The notes under the pieces: generated by a model
Database searches by the model: none
Told to the model about the DNA's origin: nothing
The model's input: the letters and a program-made list of their open reading frames with translations, nothing else
Shown: one piece after another, positions 51,593 to 61,233 of the stretch
Layout of the letters: the number at the start of each line of letters is the position of its first letter
Position numbering within the stretch: position 1 is the stretch's first letter
NCBI GenBank assembly: GCA_035714745.1
Contig: DASTLR010000014.1
Coordinates: 30,861 to 94,860, forward strand
Direction of reading: 5' to 3'
DNA from: Minisyncoccota bacterium
GTDB taxonomy: Bacteria; Patescibacteriota; Minisyncoccia; Phycocordibacterales; UBA6065
DNA length: 64,000 bases
Translations under genes and position numbers: made by a program

Positions 51593-52168
51593 ATGGATCC
51601 GGTCATCATCGCCCACCTCTCATACTTCGCCCTCTTTGTTATTATGGTCGTCGAGGGGCCGGTCGTCACCTCGGCGGCGGCCTTTGCCGTCCATCTAGGA
51701 TATTTTACCCTGCCGGCCATCTTCCTTTTGTCTGTAGCGGGTGACCTGGTCGGGGATTTCATCTACTATGGCTTGGGCTGGGCGTCGCGCTCGGCCTTGA
51801 TCGACCGGCACGGCCACAGGTTCGGTCTCGACCATGACAAGCTGGGCCGCTTCGACCGCGCTTTTCACAGGCACAAGATCAAGTCCCTAGTCATCGCCAA
51901 GCTCGCCCCGGCCATTCCCGGTCCCGTGCTGATCGCCGCCGGAGCCCTGCGCATGTCGCTTTGGACGCTGGTCTGGATCTCGCTCGTCTTGGCGGTGCCG
52001 AAATACCTCTTCTTTATGGTCTTGGGCTATTGGTTCGGCGACCTGTATGTGACTTTTTTCCAGTATTACGATATCGTCGGGTGGATACTGGCGGCGGCCT
52101 TGATCATAGGGTCGTATTGGATCTACAAGAAGGCGCTGAAGGCCGTCTTGAGCGAAGCGGAGGAATAG
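51593..52168 (+). CDS. DedA/VTT-family membrane protein
   Basis: VVEGP, GDLVGDFIYYGLG, AKLAP, AGALRM pattern. Confidence 0.88.
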   Translation: MDPVIIAHLSYFALFVIMVVEGPVVTSAAAFAVHLGYFTLPAIFLLSVAGDLVGDFIYYGLGWASRSALIDRHGHRFGLDHDKLGRFDRAFHRHKIKSLVIAKLAPAIPGPVLIAAGALRMSLWTLVWISLVLAVPKYLFFMVLGYWFGDLYVTFFQYYDIVGWILAAALIIGSYWIYKKALKAVLSEAEE

Positions 52169-52175
52169 CACAAGC

Positions 52176-54095
52176 ATGAGGATACTCTTTTATTCGGACA
52201 ACTTCTATCCCGAGACGAGCGGCGTCTCGGACTCGATCATCGCGGCGGCCCGAGGCCTCAAGGCCCGAGGGCACACGGTGGGCTTTGCGGCCCCTCGATA
52301 TTCCGAGGCAAACTACCGTTCGGTGGGCAGGGAGGCTGGCGAGCCCCTGGAGGCAGAGGGCTTCGAGGTGTTCCGCCTGCCGTCCCTGCCGTTCGCCGGT
52401 TCCGCGTCAGGCCAGGCCAGGAACGTCGTCCCTTTGGGAAGGAGCAAAGGCTTCGTCCGCCGCTTCAAGCCTGACGTCATCCATAGCCAGACGCCTTTCG
52501 GCACGGGGTTGGAGGCTCTCTGGGTCTCGCGGTCCTGCGGCATCCCTCTGGTGGGCACGAACCACACCCACATCCGCGAATTCATCAGGATCTACGGTCC
52601 CGTCAGGGCGCGCTGGTTCGAGCGCCTCGTGCAAAGGTACTTCTCCTGGTATTACAACCGCTGCGCCTTCGTCTCGGCGGTGGCGGACAAGCTTCTGGTC
52701 GAGATGAGGGAGCATGGCTTTGCGCGCTCGGCAGAGGTGGTGCCGAATCCGCTCTCGCTCGCGGTCTTCGTCCCTCCCGCGCCGGGCGAACGTTTGGCGC
52801 TCAGGGAGCGCTTCGGCTTGCCGGCCCAAGGACCCGTAACGCTCTACGCGGGCCGCATCGCCGCCGAGAAGCGCCTGGATGCCGCTCTGCGCGGCTTCAG
52901 CGAGTTCGCCGCGGGGCGTCCGGAGGCTCGCTTCGTCATCGCAGGGAACGGGCCGACGGAAGGCGAGACGCGCGCCCTGGCCGCGGATCTGGGCATCGGC
53001 GACAAGGTCGTCTGGACCGGCTTCCTCGACCACGCCGCGCTGTCCCTGTGGTACAAAGCGGCCGACGCCTTCATCGTCATGTGCCCGATCGAGACGCAGT
53101 GCCTGGCCCTGATGCAGGCCTTTGCCGCGGGCCTGCCCTCTGTCGGCGTCGATGCCGGAGCGGTGGGCATCCATATCCAGGACGGTCGGGGCAGGAAGGT
53201 GCTCGACGGGGACCATCGGGCCGTGGCTGGGGCTTTGCAGGAGATCGCCGCTCTCTCGCCGGCGGAGCGCGCAGCCATGGGAGAGAAAGCGCGCGCCTAT
53301 GTCGGGCGCTTCTCCCAGGAAGCCATAGCCGAGCGCTGGGAGGGGATTTACCAGAGCCTCGTGCAGCCAAAGATATCCATCGTCATTCCCGCGCATAACG
53401 AAGAAGAGTCGTTGCCCGCTACTCTGGCCGCCGCTCTGGCCCAGGAGTATCCCGACTACGAGGTCATCGTCGTCGATAACGCCTCGTCTGACCGGACGAC
53501 GGAAGTCGCTCTCGCTCATGCGCTATCCTCGCCGCGGGGCGGGCGGGTGAGGGTCGTCCGGGAGGACCGCAAGGGCCTGCTCCACGCGCGCGAGCGCGGC
53601 CGTCTGGAGGCTACGGGCGAGGTCATCGTCAACATGGACGCGGATTGCTTGCCTGACGCGGGGTGGCTGGCCCGCGGCGCCGCGCACTTCGCGGATTCCC
53701 GGGTCGTTGCCGCCGCGGGCCCGTACTATTACCATGACGGCGACGCCGTCTTTCGCGCCTTCTCGTATGCGGCGCAGAAGCACGTCTATCGAGCGGCTAA
53801 TCTCGCAGCACAGGCCCTGGGCGTCGGGGCGGTGCTCATCGGCGGCAATAGCTTCATCCGGGCCGAAGCCCTGCGCAAGGCCGGCGGCTACAACGTGGCC
53901 CTGGCCTTCTACGGAGAGGACACCGACACCGCCAAGCGCGTCTCTCGTCACGGCCGCGTGGTCTTCGACCCCAAGCTCCGCCAGAACACCTCGGCCCGCC
54001 GCTTCAAGGCCGAAGGCACGCTCAGGATCAGCGTCCTCTACCTTTTTCATTTTTTTAAGGTACTCTATACAGGCGGAAAAACCTCTCGCCAGTAA
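52176..54095 (+). CDS. GT4-GT2 glycosyltransferase fusion
   Basis: DNFYPETSGV, IHSQTPF, GRIAAEK, ETQCL..MQAFAAGLP; then IPAHNEE, VDNASSDRT, DAD, GEDTD, SARRF. Confidence 0.92.
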   Translation: MRILFYSDNFYPETSGVSDSIIAAARGLKARGHTVGFAAPRYSEANYRSVGREAGEPLEAEGFEVFRLPSLPFAGSASGQARNVVPLGRSKGFVRRFKPDVIHSQTPFGTGLEALWVSRSCGIPLVGTNHTHIREFIRIYGPVRARWFERLVQRYFSWYYNRCAFVSAVADKLLVEMREHGFARSAEVVPNPLSLAVFVPPAPGERLALRERFGLPAQGPVTLYAGRIAAEKRLDAALRGFSEFAAGRPEARFVIAGNGPTEGETRALAADLGIGDKVVWTGFLDHAALSLWYKAADAFIVMCPIETQCLALMQAFAAGLPSVGVDAGAVGIHIQDGRGRKVLDGDHRAVAGALQEIAALSPAERAAMGEKARAYVGRFSQEAIAERWEGIYQSLVQPKISIVIPAHNEEESLPATLAAALAQEYPDYEVIVVDNASSDRTTEVALAHALSSPRGGRVRVVREDRKGLLHARERGRLEATGEVIVNMDADCLPDAGWLARGAAHFADSRVVAAAGPYYYHDGDAVFRAFSYAAQKHVYRAANLAAQALGVGAVLIGGNSFIRAEALRKAGGYNVALAFYGEDTDTAKRVSRHGRVVFDPKLRQNTSARRFKAEGTLRISVLYLFHFFKVLYTGGKTSRQ

Positions 54096-54100
54096 CGCAC

Positions 54101-54730
54101 TTGCGCATGTTCTCACAATTCAGGGATCGGGATTATAGGAAAGCTTTCATCTGGTCATGGGTCATGCTCATCGCCAGCCTTTTCATCAACTATTTCGCCG
54201 GCACCTATGCCACGGCCAAGGCCAGCAACCCCGTCACCGACCTCATCCTGGACAATATCCCGCTCTTCGACGTCGACGGCATCTTTATCTGGGGCTCCTT
54301 CGTCATCCTGGCCTGCATCGTCCTGGCCTGTCTGAGCCGCCCGCGCCGCATCCCGTTCGCCCTGAAATCGATCGCCCTCTTCGTCGTCATCCGCTCGATC
54401 TTCATCAGCCTGACGCATCTGGCGCCCTTTTCTAGCCAGGTCGTGATAGACCCGGTGAAATTCGCCAGCTATTTCATGTTCGGCGGCGACCTCTTCTTCT
54501 CCGGGCACACCGGCCTGCCGTTCCTCATCGCTTTGATCTTTTGGGACGATAGATTCATGAGGCGGGCCTTCATCGTTCTCTCGGCGACCTTCGGCACGGT
54601 TGCGCTCATGGGGCATTTGCATTATTCTATCGACGTGTTCGCGGCTTTCTTCATCACTTATGCCATCTACGGAATCGCGGAGCAGGTCTTCAGGAAGGAC
54701 TGGCAGAGGGGGAGGGAGGAGATAGGATAA
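54101..54730 (+). CDS. PAP2/sphingomyelin-synthase-like membrane phosphotransferase
   Basis: Multi-TM; RSIFISLTHL, GDLFFSGHT, HLHYSIDV motifs; exact start uncertain. Confidence 0.82.
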   Translation: MRMFSQFRDRDYRKAFIWSWVMLIASLFINYFAGTYATAKASNPVTDLILDNIPLFDVDGIFIWGSFVILACIVLACLSRPRRIPFALKSIALFVVIRSIFISLTHLAPFSSQVVIDPVKFASYFMFGGDLFFSGHTGLPFLIALIFWDDRFMRRAFIVLSATFGTVALMGHLHYSIDVFAAFFITYAIYGIAEQVFRKDWQRGREEIG

Positions 54731-54741
54731 GATAAAAGAAA

Positions 54742-54812
54742 GGGCCCATAGTTCAGTGGTAGAACGCGTCCATGGCATGGACGAGGTCGGAGTTCGATTC
54801 TCCGTGGGTCCA
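54742..54812 (+). tRNA. tRNA-Ala(GGC)
   Basis: GGGCCCATAGTTCAGTGGTAGAACGCGTCCATGGCATGGACGAGGTCGGAGTTCGATTCTCCGTGGGTCCA cloverleaf. Confidence 0.96.
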
Positions 54813-54841
54813 CAATCGTTTGGCGGGGGATGCCTCTTGTA

Positions 54842-54865
54842 GTGAACTCCAGTTCACCATATACT
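54842..54865 (+). promoter_or_regulatory. putative LexA (GAAC-N4-GTTC) box and -10 element of umuDC
   Basis: Palindrome GTGAAC-TCCA-GTTCAC next to TATACT, 6 nt before the ATG. Confidence 0.65.
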
Positions 54866-54871
54866 TATCCC

Positions 54872-55174
54872 ATGGGATTTCGAACGGAAGAGGAGGAGGG
54901 CGCTCTGGAGGGCATGTCGCTCGACGAGTATCTGGTGAAGAATCGGGAAGCGACGTTCATGCTGCGGATGCGCGGGAACGGCATGCGGGAAGCGGCGATC
55001 GCCGACGGCGACCTGCTGGTGGTCGACAGGTCTCGCGAGCCGCAGCCGCACGACATCGTCGTCGCCGTCATCGACGGTGCTTTTTGTGCGAGATACATGC
55101 GCGACCTGCAGCGGTCCGACCTTGGCGATGTCCGCGTCGAAGCCGTCGTCATCGCCGTCATCCGCAGGCTCTGA
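54872..55174 (+). CDS. umuD: UmuD-like S24-fold protein, catalytically degenerate
   Basis: MGF...SLDEYLV...TFMLRMRGNGM...I.DGDLLVVDRS...DIVVAVIDG; precedes umuC. Confidence 0.85.
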   Translation: MGFRTEEEEGALEGMSLDEYLVKNREATFMLRMRGNGMREAAIADGDLLVVDRSREPQPHDIVVAVIDGAFCARYMRDLQRSDLGDVRVEAVVIAVIRRL

Positions 55175-55213
55175 TTCCTAGATTCCAAATTCTAACTTCT
55201 AAATTCTTTCTTC
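55172..55213 (+). repeat. heptamer tandem array forming the umuD-umuC spacer
   Basis: TGATTCC TAGATTC CAAATTC TAACTTC TAAATTC TTTCTTC. Confidence 0.8.
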
Positions 55214-56422
55214 ATGCCCTACATCATGCATCTGGACGGCGACGCCTTCTTCGTCTCGGTCGAGATGGCCAAGGACCCGTCCCTGCGCGGCCGGCCGGTG
55301 GTCACGGGGCAGGAGCGGGGCATCGCTTCAGCTTTGTCGTACGAGGCCAAGGCTCTGGGCATCACCCGGGCCATGCCTGTCTTCCAGATTCGGCGGGAGT
55401 TTCCGCAGGTGGCCGTGGTCTCGTCCGACTACGAGGCCTACGCGGTCTTTTCTCGGCGCATGATGAACATCGTCCGCCGCTATACGGACGTCGTCGAGGA
55501 ATACTCCATCGACGAGTGCTTCGCCGAATTTCCTGGCGACCCAGGCCGCCAGACTCTCCAGGAGATCAAATCAGCCATCCGCAGGGAGCTGGGAATCTCG
55601 GTCTCGCTCGGCCTGGGCCCGACCAAGGTCCTGGCCAAGACCGCTTCGAAAAGGAACAAGCCTGACGGCCTGACCATCTTGGCGCCCGGAGAGATCCCTG
55701 CCATCCTGGCTTCCACGCCGGTGGACAAGGTCTGGGGCATCGGCTCGGCCACGGCTTTTGCCCTGCGAAAAAAGGGCGTTAAGACCGCCTATGAGCTGGC
55801 CCAGAAGCCCTTGGCCTGGGTCGAGGAGCATTTTTCAAAGCCCGTGGCCGAGATGTGGCATGAGCTGCGCGGAGTCTCGGTCCATGGCGTCAACGGAGGC
55901 CTCCCTGAGGCCCAGAAATCGATCATGAAGACGCGGACCTTCGTCCCAGCCTCGCGCGACAGGTCCTATGTCTTTTCCCAGCTCTCCAAGAACGTCGAGA
56001 ACGCCTGTCGCAAGGCTCGCGAGCTGGGCTTGGCGGCCTGCGAGCTCTCTGTCTATCTCAAGACCCGCGATTTCTCGTACGCGAGCGGCTCCTGCCGCTT
56101 CGTCATGCCGACCGACAGCCCGTTCGAGGCCATCGAGCAGGCCCGAGCCATCTACGACTCTATCTTTGACCCGCAGGCTCTCTATCGGGCCACCGGCGTG
56201 ACGCTCTTGGGGCTGATGCCGGCCCTAGCCCGCCAGTACGACCTCTTTGGCCAGACAGAGGAGAAGAGGGAAGGCTCAGCGGTCTTTTCGGCTGTCGACC
56301 GGCTGAACAGGAAATACGGCAAGAGCGTCGTCCACATAGCCACGAGCTCGCGCGCCCTGGTGCCCGAGGAGCGCGGGGAGGGCAGGAAGCTCGCCATTCC
56401 GTTCCTGGGCGAGGCCCGCTAG
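55214..56422 (+). CDS. umuC: Y-family DNA polymerase (UmuC/DinB-like)
   Basis: HLDGDAFFVSVE, SYEAK, YSIDE, KVLAK, VWGIG, clamp motif QYDLF. Confidence 0.9.
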   Translation: MPYIMHLDGDAFFVSVEMAKDPSLRGRPVVTGQERGIASALSYEAKALGITRAMPVFQIRREFPQVAVVSSDYEAYAVFSRRMMNIVRRYTDVVEEYSIDECFAEFPGDPGRQTLQEIKSAIRRELGISVSLGLGPTKVLAKTASKRNKPDGLTILAPGEIPAILASTPVDKVWGIGSATAFALRKKGVKTAYELAQKPLAWVEEHFSKPVAEMWHELRGVSVHGVNGGLPEAQKSIMKTRTFVPASRDRSYVFSQLSKNVENACRKARELGLAACELSVYLKTRDFSYASGSCRFVMPTDSPFEAIEQARAIYDSIFDPQALYRATGVTLLGLMPALARQYDLFGQTEEKREGSAVFSAVDRLNRKYGKSVVHIATSSRALVPEERGEGRKLAIPFLGEAR

Positions 56423-56501
56423 CTTGTCCACACCGGGGCTTTACAAAAAACGATGCCAGGCGTAATGTGATGAACGGCATCGAAACCCCTTCAATACCCT
56501 T

Positions 56502-56759
56502 ATGTTGAGCCTCGTGCTTATCGCGGCGCTCAGCATGAGGCCGCACGTTCTTTTTAGAATTTCCTGGGAAGACCATCCTCCCCGGGACGTCCCGACGATC
56601 GAGAGCGTCTGCGCGCTCTCGGACGACGAGCCGTTAGTCAAACCCTTCGAGCCGTTGGCCCCTGCACACGCAGCGCCACGCGGCCCGAAGATCGCGACCT
56701 ACACGGGAAAGCGCCTCGCGCGCTATCCCCACGATTGGCTGGCTCCGCCCGCCGATTAA
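56502..56759 (+). CDS. hypothetical small protein
   Basis: ORF with hydrophobic N-terminus only. Confidence 0.35.
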   Translation: MLSLVLIAALSMRPHVLFRISWEDHPPRDVPTIESVCALSDDEPLVKPFEPLAPAHAAPRGPKIATYTGKRLARYPHDWLAPPAD

Positions 56760-56878
56760 CGGGCTTTGCCTCGGCAAAGCTTCTGGAGTACAGACAGTCA
56801 AACACACGCGCGCCCGTAATATGGCGCGCGGTTTCATTTGTCAGGTTTTTCGGTATACTCACAGCAGACTTTCAGGCT

Positions 56879-57418
56879 ATGAAGAACCTCACATATCTGT
56901 CAGCGTTCCTCGCGCTTGCGGTGCAAGCGCTGTTGGCGGCAGACCAAGGGATCATGCGCAAGCTCGAACCCTGGGCGTCGTATGACAAATCCAAGCTCAT
57001 GTTCTCCGTCCCGGCGCGGTCGATCCCCGAAGTCTCGTATTCGACCGAGCGGAGCATGCAGAGCCGATTCGCCGTCCGGCACAGCGACGCGCGCGTCGAG
57101 GCCGTCGTTCCCGTCCAGGACTTCGAGAGCAGGGTCGATTCCTCGCCCTTCATCGATTTCTCGTTGCGCGCTTCCGAGCTGAAAAAGCTCAAGAACGGCA
57201 TCGAGATACCGGGCCTGGGCACCGTGTATTCCGAGGCGGGCGCCCGCTGGAGGGTGGACAAGGACGATCCGAACCTGACCCGGGCCATCGGAACCTACCA
57301 CGGCGGCGCGACCTGGAAGCAGAGCTACCAGTGGAAGGACGAGGATGACCTCTATCGAAAGGGTATCCTTGAGCCCTTCAAGCGCCTGGCCCTACGGATC
57401 GCCTCCTGGTTCGATTAG
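56879..57418 (+). CDS. putative secreted protein
   Basis: Signal-peptide-like MKNLTYLSAFLALAVQALLA; TATACT upstream. Confidence 0.65.
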   Translation: MKNLTYLSAFLALAVQALLAADQGIMRKLEPWASYDKSKLMFSVPARSIPEVSYSTERSMQSRFAVRHSDARVEAVVPVQDFESRVDSSPFIDFSLRASELKKLKNGIEIPGLGTVYSEAGARWRVDKDDPNLTRAIGTYHGGATWKQSYQWKDEDDLYRKGILEPFKRLALRIASWFD

Positions 57419-57502
57419 CGGCGCTCTCGCGCTTTGGCCCCTATCAGCCCCGACTCGTCGTCGAGGCTTTTCTTTGGCCTGGTCTGCTATACTTCCTGAG
57501 TC

Positions 57503-58771
57503 ATGAGGAAAGAAGCGAAAGGCACCGGGACAGCCCTGACGTTCGCACTCTTTGGGGCGACGGGAGACTTGGCCGCGCAAAAGATCTTTCCCGCCCTGGA
57601 GGGCCTCTTTCTGGAAGGCGCCCTGGGAGCGGAGCCGCGCATCGTGGCCATCGGCAGGCGAGATTGGGACGATGCGGCTTTCGCCACGTTCCTGCGGGAA
57701 TCGTCGAAGGTGTCGTCAGGGGCATTCCTGAGCCGCGTCTCGTACGCTTTCGTCGATATCGAGGCGGGAAAAGGCTTCAAGGAGCTAGCTGCGGCTATCG
57801 GTCCTGGCGACGCCGTCTTCTATTCATCTCTCGCTCCGGCGCTCCATGGACCTGCTATCAAGGGCCTGAGGGACGCCGGGCTGCTGCGCCGGGGCTCGGG
57901 CGGCGGCAGGGTCATGGTCGAGAAGCCGTTCGGCACCGATTATCAGAGCGCCTGCGAGCTGGACCGCTTCCTCGCCTCGTTCCTCGACGAAGGCCAGATC
58001 TACCGCGTCGACCACTATCTGGGCAAGGAAACCGTCAGGGCCGTCATGGATGTTCACGAAGGCACCGCGCATTGGGGCAGGCTCATGACGTCCGAAAGCG
58101 TCAAAGAGATCAAGGTCAGGATGTACGAGGAGAGAGGCGTCGAAGGACGGGGCGCTTCGTACGACGGCGTGGGCGCCTTTCGCGACGTGGGGCAGAACCA
58201 TATGCTCGAGATGCTCGCCGCGATAGCCGCCGACTATACCGGCGACTGGCAGTCCGACCGCGCCCTGGCCCTCCGACACCTGGAGCCGCCGGCAAAGACC
58301 TGCGAGCTCTCCCGGCGGGGCCAGTACCAGGGATATCATGCCGAAAAGGGCGTGCGGCCGGGCTCGACGACCGAGACCGCCTTCGAGGTGGTGGCTACCT
58401 TCGCTTCGGGCAAACTGAAGGGCGTGCCGCTCGTCCTGGAGGCGGGCAAGAAGATGGGCGCTTCGGAAGCCTTTATCGAGGTCTTCTTCCAGGATATATC
58501 CGGCTTGCCGCAGGGCATGCGCTTCTCCGTCCAGCCCGAGCAAGAGGTGGCCTTGACCGCTCGGGACGGGTCGGTCGAGCGGTACGCGATACCCCGCCGC
58601 CGCGACGCCTACGGCAACGTCATCCTGGCCGCCCTGCGCGGCGAGAGGCGCTCCTTCGTCGGCCGCCAGGAGATCGAGGCTCTCTGGAGCTATGCCGACC
58701 ACGTCGTGGCCTGCTGGGGCAAGGTGCCGCTGGAAATCTATGGAAAAGACAGGCCGTTCCTGCTAGACTAA
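57503..58771 (+). CDS. zwf: glucose-6-phosphate dehydrogenase (compact)
   Basis: FGATGDLA, EKPFG, RVDHYLGKE, RDVGQNH, GVP...GK. Confidence 0.93.
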   Translation: MRKEAKGTGTALTFALFGATGDLAAQKIFPALEGLFLEGALGAEPRIVAIGRRDWDDAAFATFLRESSKVSSGAFLSRVSYAFVDIEAGKGFKELAAAIGPGDAVFYSSLAPALHGPAIKGLRDAGLLRRGSGGGRVMVEKPFGTDYQSACELDRFLASFLDEGQIYRVDHYLGKETVRAVMDVHEGTAHWGRLMTSESVKEIKVRMYEERGVEGRGASYDGVGAFRDVGQNHMLEMLAAIAADYTGDWQSDRALALRHLEPPAKTCELSRRGQYQGYHAEKGVRPGSTTETAFEVVATFASGKLKGVPLVLEAGKKMGASEAFIEVFFQDISGLPQGMRFSVQPEQEVALTARDGSVERYAIPRRRDAYGNVILAALRGERRSFVGRQEIEALWSYADHVVACWGKVPLEIYGKDRPFLLD

Positions 58772-58810
58772 CCCACGACTTACAACCGACGACTAACAAC
58801 CGACAACGAT
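58769..58810 (+). repeat. heptamer tandem array after zwf
   Basis: TAACCCA CGACTTA CAACCGA CGACTAA CAACCGA CAACGAT. Confidence 0.75.
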
Positions 58811-59038
58811 ATGCTGAAGAAATTCTTGATGAAGCAGGCCATGAAGGCCCAGCTAAAGGACATCCCTCAGGATCAGCAGGACATGCTCATCGACATGGTG
58901 GAGAAGAACCCGGCGTTCTTCGAGAACCTGGCCAAGGAGATGAAGGAGGGCGTCGACGCGGGCCGTGACCAGCAGGCCGTGATGATGGAGCTGATGGGCA
59001 AGTACCGCGACGACATCGGAAGGATGATCGGCAAATAG
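58811..59038 (+). CDS. small Met-rich helical protein
   Basis: 75-aa ORF with host-like codon usage, operonic between zwf and the flavodoxin-fold gene. Confidence 0.75.
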   Translation: MLKKFLMKQAMKAQLKDIPQDQQDMLIDMVEKNPAFFENLAKEMKEGVDAGRDQQAVMMELMGKYRDDIGRMIGK

Positions 59039-59041
59039 CAC

Positions 59042-59629
59042 ATGGCCCAGACCAAGAAGATATTCATATTCGTCGGCAATCCTGACGGCGACTCGCTGTC
59101 GTCGGCCTTGGCGGACGCGTACGCCCACGGCGCCCAGTCGGCCGGCCACGAAGTGCGCCTGACCCGCATCGGCGAGATGAAGTTCGACCCCATCCTCCAC
59201 AAGGGCTACAAGGTCATCCAGCCCTATGAGCCCGACCTGTCAAAGTTCCAGGAGGACGTCAGGTGGTGTGAGCATTTCGTCTCGGTCTTTCCCGTCTGGT
59301 GGTCGGACATGCCGGCCCTGATGAAGGGTTTGGTCGACCGCGTCTGGATGCCCGGCTTCGGCTTCCGCTTCAGGAAGGGCAGGATCCCCGGCTGGTACCG
59401 CCTCCTGCGCGGCAGGAGCGCCCGGGTCATAACCACGTCCGACACGCATCCGTTCCTCCTCTGGATCCTCTTCGGCGGCAACATCAACAACTGGGTCCGC
59501 GGCGTCCTGCGCTTTTCCGGCTTTGCCCCTGTGCGCAAGACCTGGTTCTCGGGCATGCGCGGCTTGAAGCCTGAGCGAGCGAAAGAGCTGCTCGCCCGCG
59601 TCGAGAAGCTCGGCAGGAAGGGGAAATAA
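59042..59629 (+). CDS. flavodoxin-fold NAD(P)H:quinone oxidoreductase
   Basis: GNPDGDSLS, FPVWWSDMPALMKGLVDRV. Confidence 0.9.
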   Translation: MAQTKKIFIFVGNPDGDSLSSALADAYAHGAQSAGHEVRLTRIGEMKFDPILHKGYKVIQPYEPDLSKFQEDVRWCEHFVSVFPVWWSDMPALMKGLVDRVWMPGFGFRFRKGRIPGWYRLLRGRSARVITTSDTHPFLLWILFGGNINNWVRGVLRFSGFAPVRKTWFSGMRGLKPERAKELLARVEKLGRKGK

Positions 59630-59871
59630 TGGCAAAGATGACTCTCGAAAGATTGGCAGAGATGACGATGAACGGCTTCCGGCGTTTGGAAGAGGCTTTA
59701 CGTACGGATCTTGACTTCAAGATAAAAAAGCTTGATGAGAAGTTAGATCGTCGCTTCGACGAGCTCTCGCTGCGCATGGACGGCCTGGCTCTCGACAAGG
59801 CATCATGGAAGGACCACATCGAGCTTTCTAAATAGGTCGACAGATTAGAGGAAAAAGCGCTAAGCATATAA
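59629..59871 (+). pseudogene. short coiled-coil protein with probable premature TAG at 59833-59835
   Basis: MTLERLAEMTMNGF...HIELSK*VDRLEEKALSI*; heptad pattern continues past the TAG. Confidence 0.5.
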
Positions 59872-60013
59872 AAGCCGCCTACGCGATGCTCGAAAGGTCG
59901 GAGGAATGAGCATGGCGAAGGAGCTGCCGACTTTATATAGCTAGCACCGCACGGTCCCTGTCAACGAACGGCAGTCTTTGAAAATACGCCCTAAAATGGT
60001 ATGGTGATGGCCT

Positions 60014-61123
60014 ATGTCACTCTCCATCGGCATCGTCGGCCTCCCGAACGTCGGCAAATCGACCCTTTTCAACGCCTTGACCAAGAAGAGCGTCCTGGTG
60101 GCGAACTATCCTTTCGCCACCATCGACCCGTCGGTCGGCGTGGTCGCCGTGCCTGACGAGCGCCTCTACGCCCTGGCCGCCTTCTCGAAATCCCTCAAGA
60201 CCATCCCGGCCGCCGTCGAATTCGTGGACATCGCCGGCCTGGTCAAAGGAGCGAGCGCGGGCGAGGGCCTGGGCAACAAATTCCTCTCGAACATCCGCGA
60301 GACCGACGCCATCGCCGAGGTCGTGCGCATCTTCGAGGATGACGACATCATCCATGTGGCCAACAAGGTCGACCCGCTCTTCGACGTAGAGATCATCAAC
60401 ATGGAGCTGGTCACCGCCGACCTCGAGACCGTGACGAAGCGCATGACCAACCTGGGCAAGGACGTCAAAGGCGGCAAGAAGGAGGCGATTATCGAGATGA
60501 AGCTCCTGGAGCGCCTCAAGCCCGCCCTCCAGGCCGGCCAGCTGGCCTCCACCGTCGTCCCGGACGAGTTCGAGGCGCCGTTCCTCCGCCAGCTCCACCT
60601 GCTCACCTCGAAAAAGATCCTCTATGTCTTGAACAAGAAGACCGGCGGCAGGAACCTGGACGAGCCAAAGGACGGAAAGCCGGACGAGCGCTTTACCAGG
60701 CTCATCGATTTCATCAAGAAGAGCGGCGCCGACTACGTCATCGTCGACGCGGGCATCGAGCACGACCTGAAAGACATGAGCGACGCCGAGAAAAAGGAGA
60801 TGCGAGAGGGCATGGGCGGCCTGGACAACGGCATCGACCTCCTCATCAGGAAGAGCTACGAGATTCTGGGCCTCATCACCTACTTCACCACCGGCGTGGA
60901 CGAGACCCGCGGCTGGACCATCAAGCGCGGCTGGACCGCTCCGCTCGCCGGCACCGCCATCCACAACGACTTCAAGGACAAGTTCGTCCGCGCCCAGGTC
61001 ATCGAATGGAACAAGCTCCTGGAGGCTGGCTCGTACGCCGCCGCCCGCGAGAAAGGCTGGGTCAGGACGGAGGGCAAGGAATACGTCGTCAAAGACGGCG
61101 ACGTCATCGAATTCATGGTCTAG
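60014..61123 (+). CDS. ychF: ribosome-binding ATPase YchF
   Basis: [52 protein letters not shown]. Confidence 0.98.
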   Translation: MSLSIGIVGLPNVGKSTLFNALTKKSVLVANYPFATIDPSVGVVAVPDERLYALAAFSKSLKTIPAAVEFVDIAGLVKGASAGEGLGNKFLSNIRETDAIAEVVRIFEDDDIIHVANKVDPLFDVEIINMELVTADLETVTKRMTNLGKDVKGGKKEAIIEMKLLERLKPALQAGQLASTVVPDEFEAPFLRQLHLLTSKKILYVLNKKTGGRNLDEPKDGKPDERFTRLIDFIKKSGADYVIVDAGIEHDLKDMSDAEKKEMREGMGGLDNGIDLLIRKSYEILGLITYFTTGVDETRGWTIKRGWTAPLAGTAIHNDFKDKFVRAQVIEWNKLLEAGSYAAAREKGWVRTEGKEYVVKDGDVIEFMV

Positions 61124-61233
61124 AGCCTGTGCATAACTCCTGCCTCTGGGCCATTGCGTCCTCTTGCCAGGTTGATATAATTGATGGGTAAAGTCGCAGC
61201 ACGAACTTTATTTATTAGGTAACTTTTCAGAAC

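Noticed and set aside
54772-55665. 297-aa ORF spanning tRNA-Ala and umuDC
   Set aside because: Starts inside the tRNA and overlaps two well-supported genes in other frames
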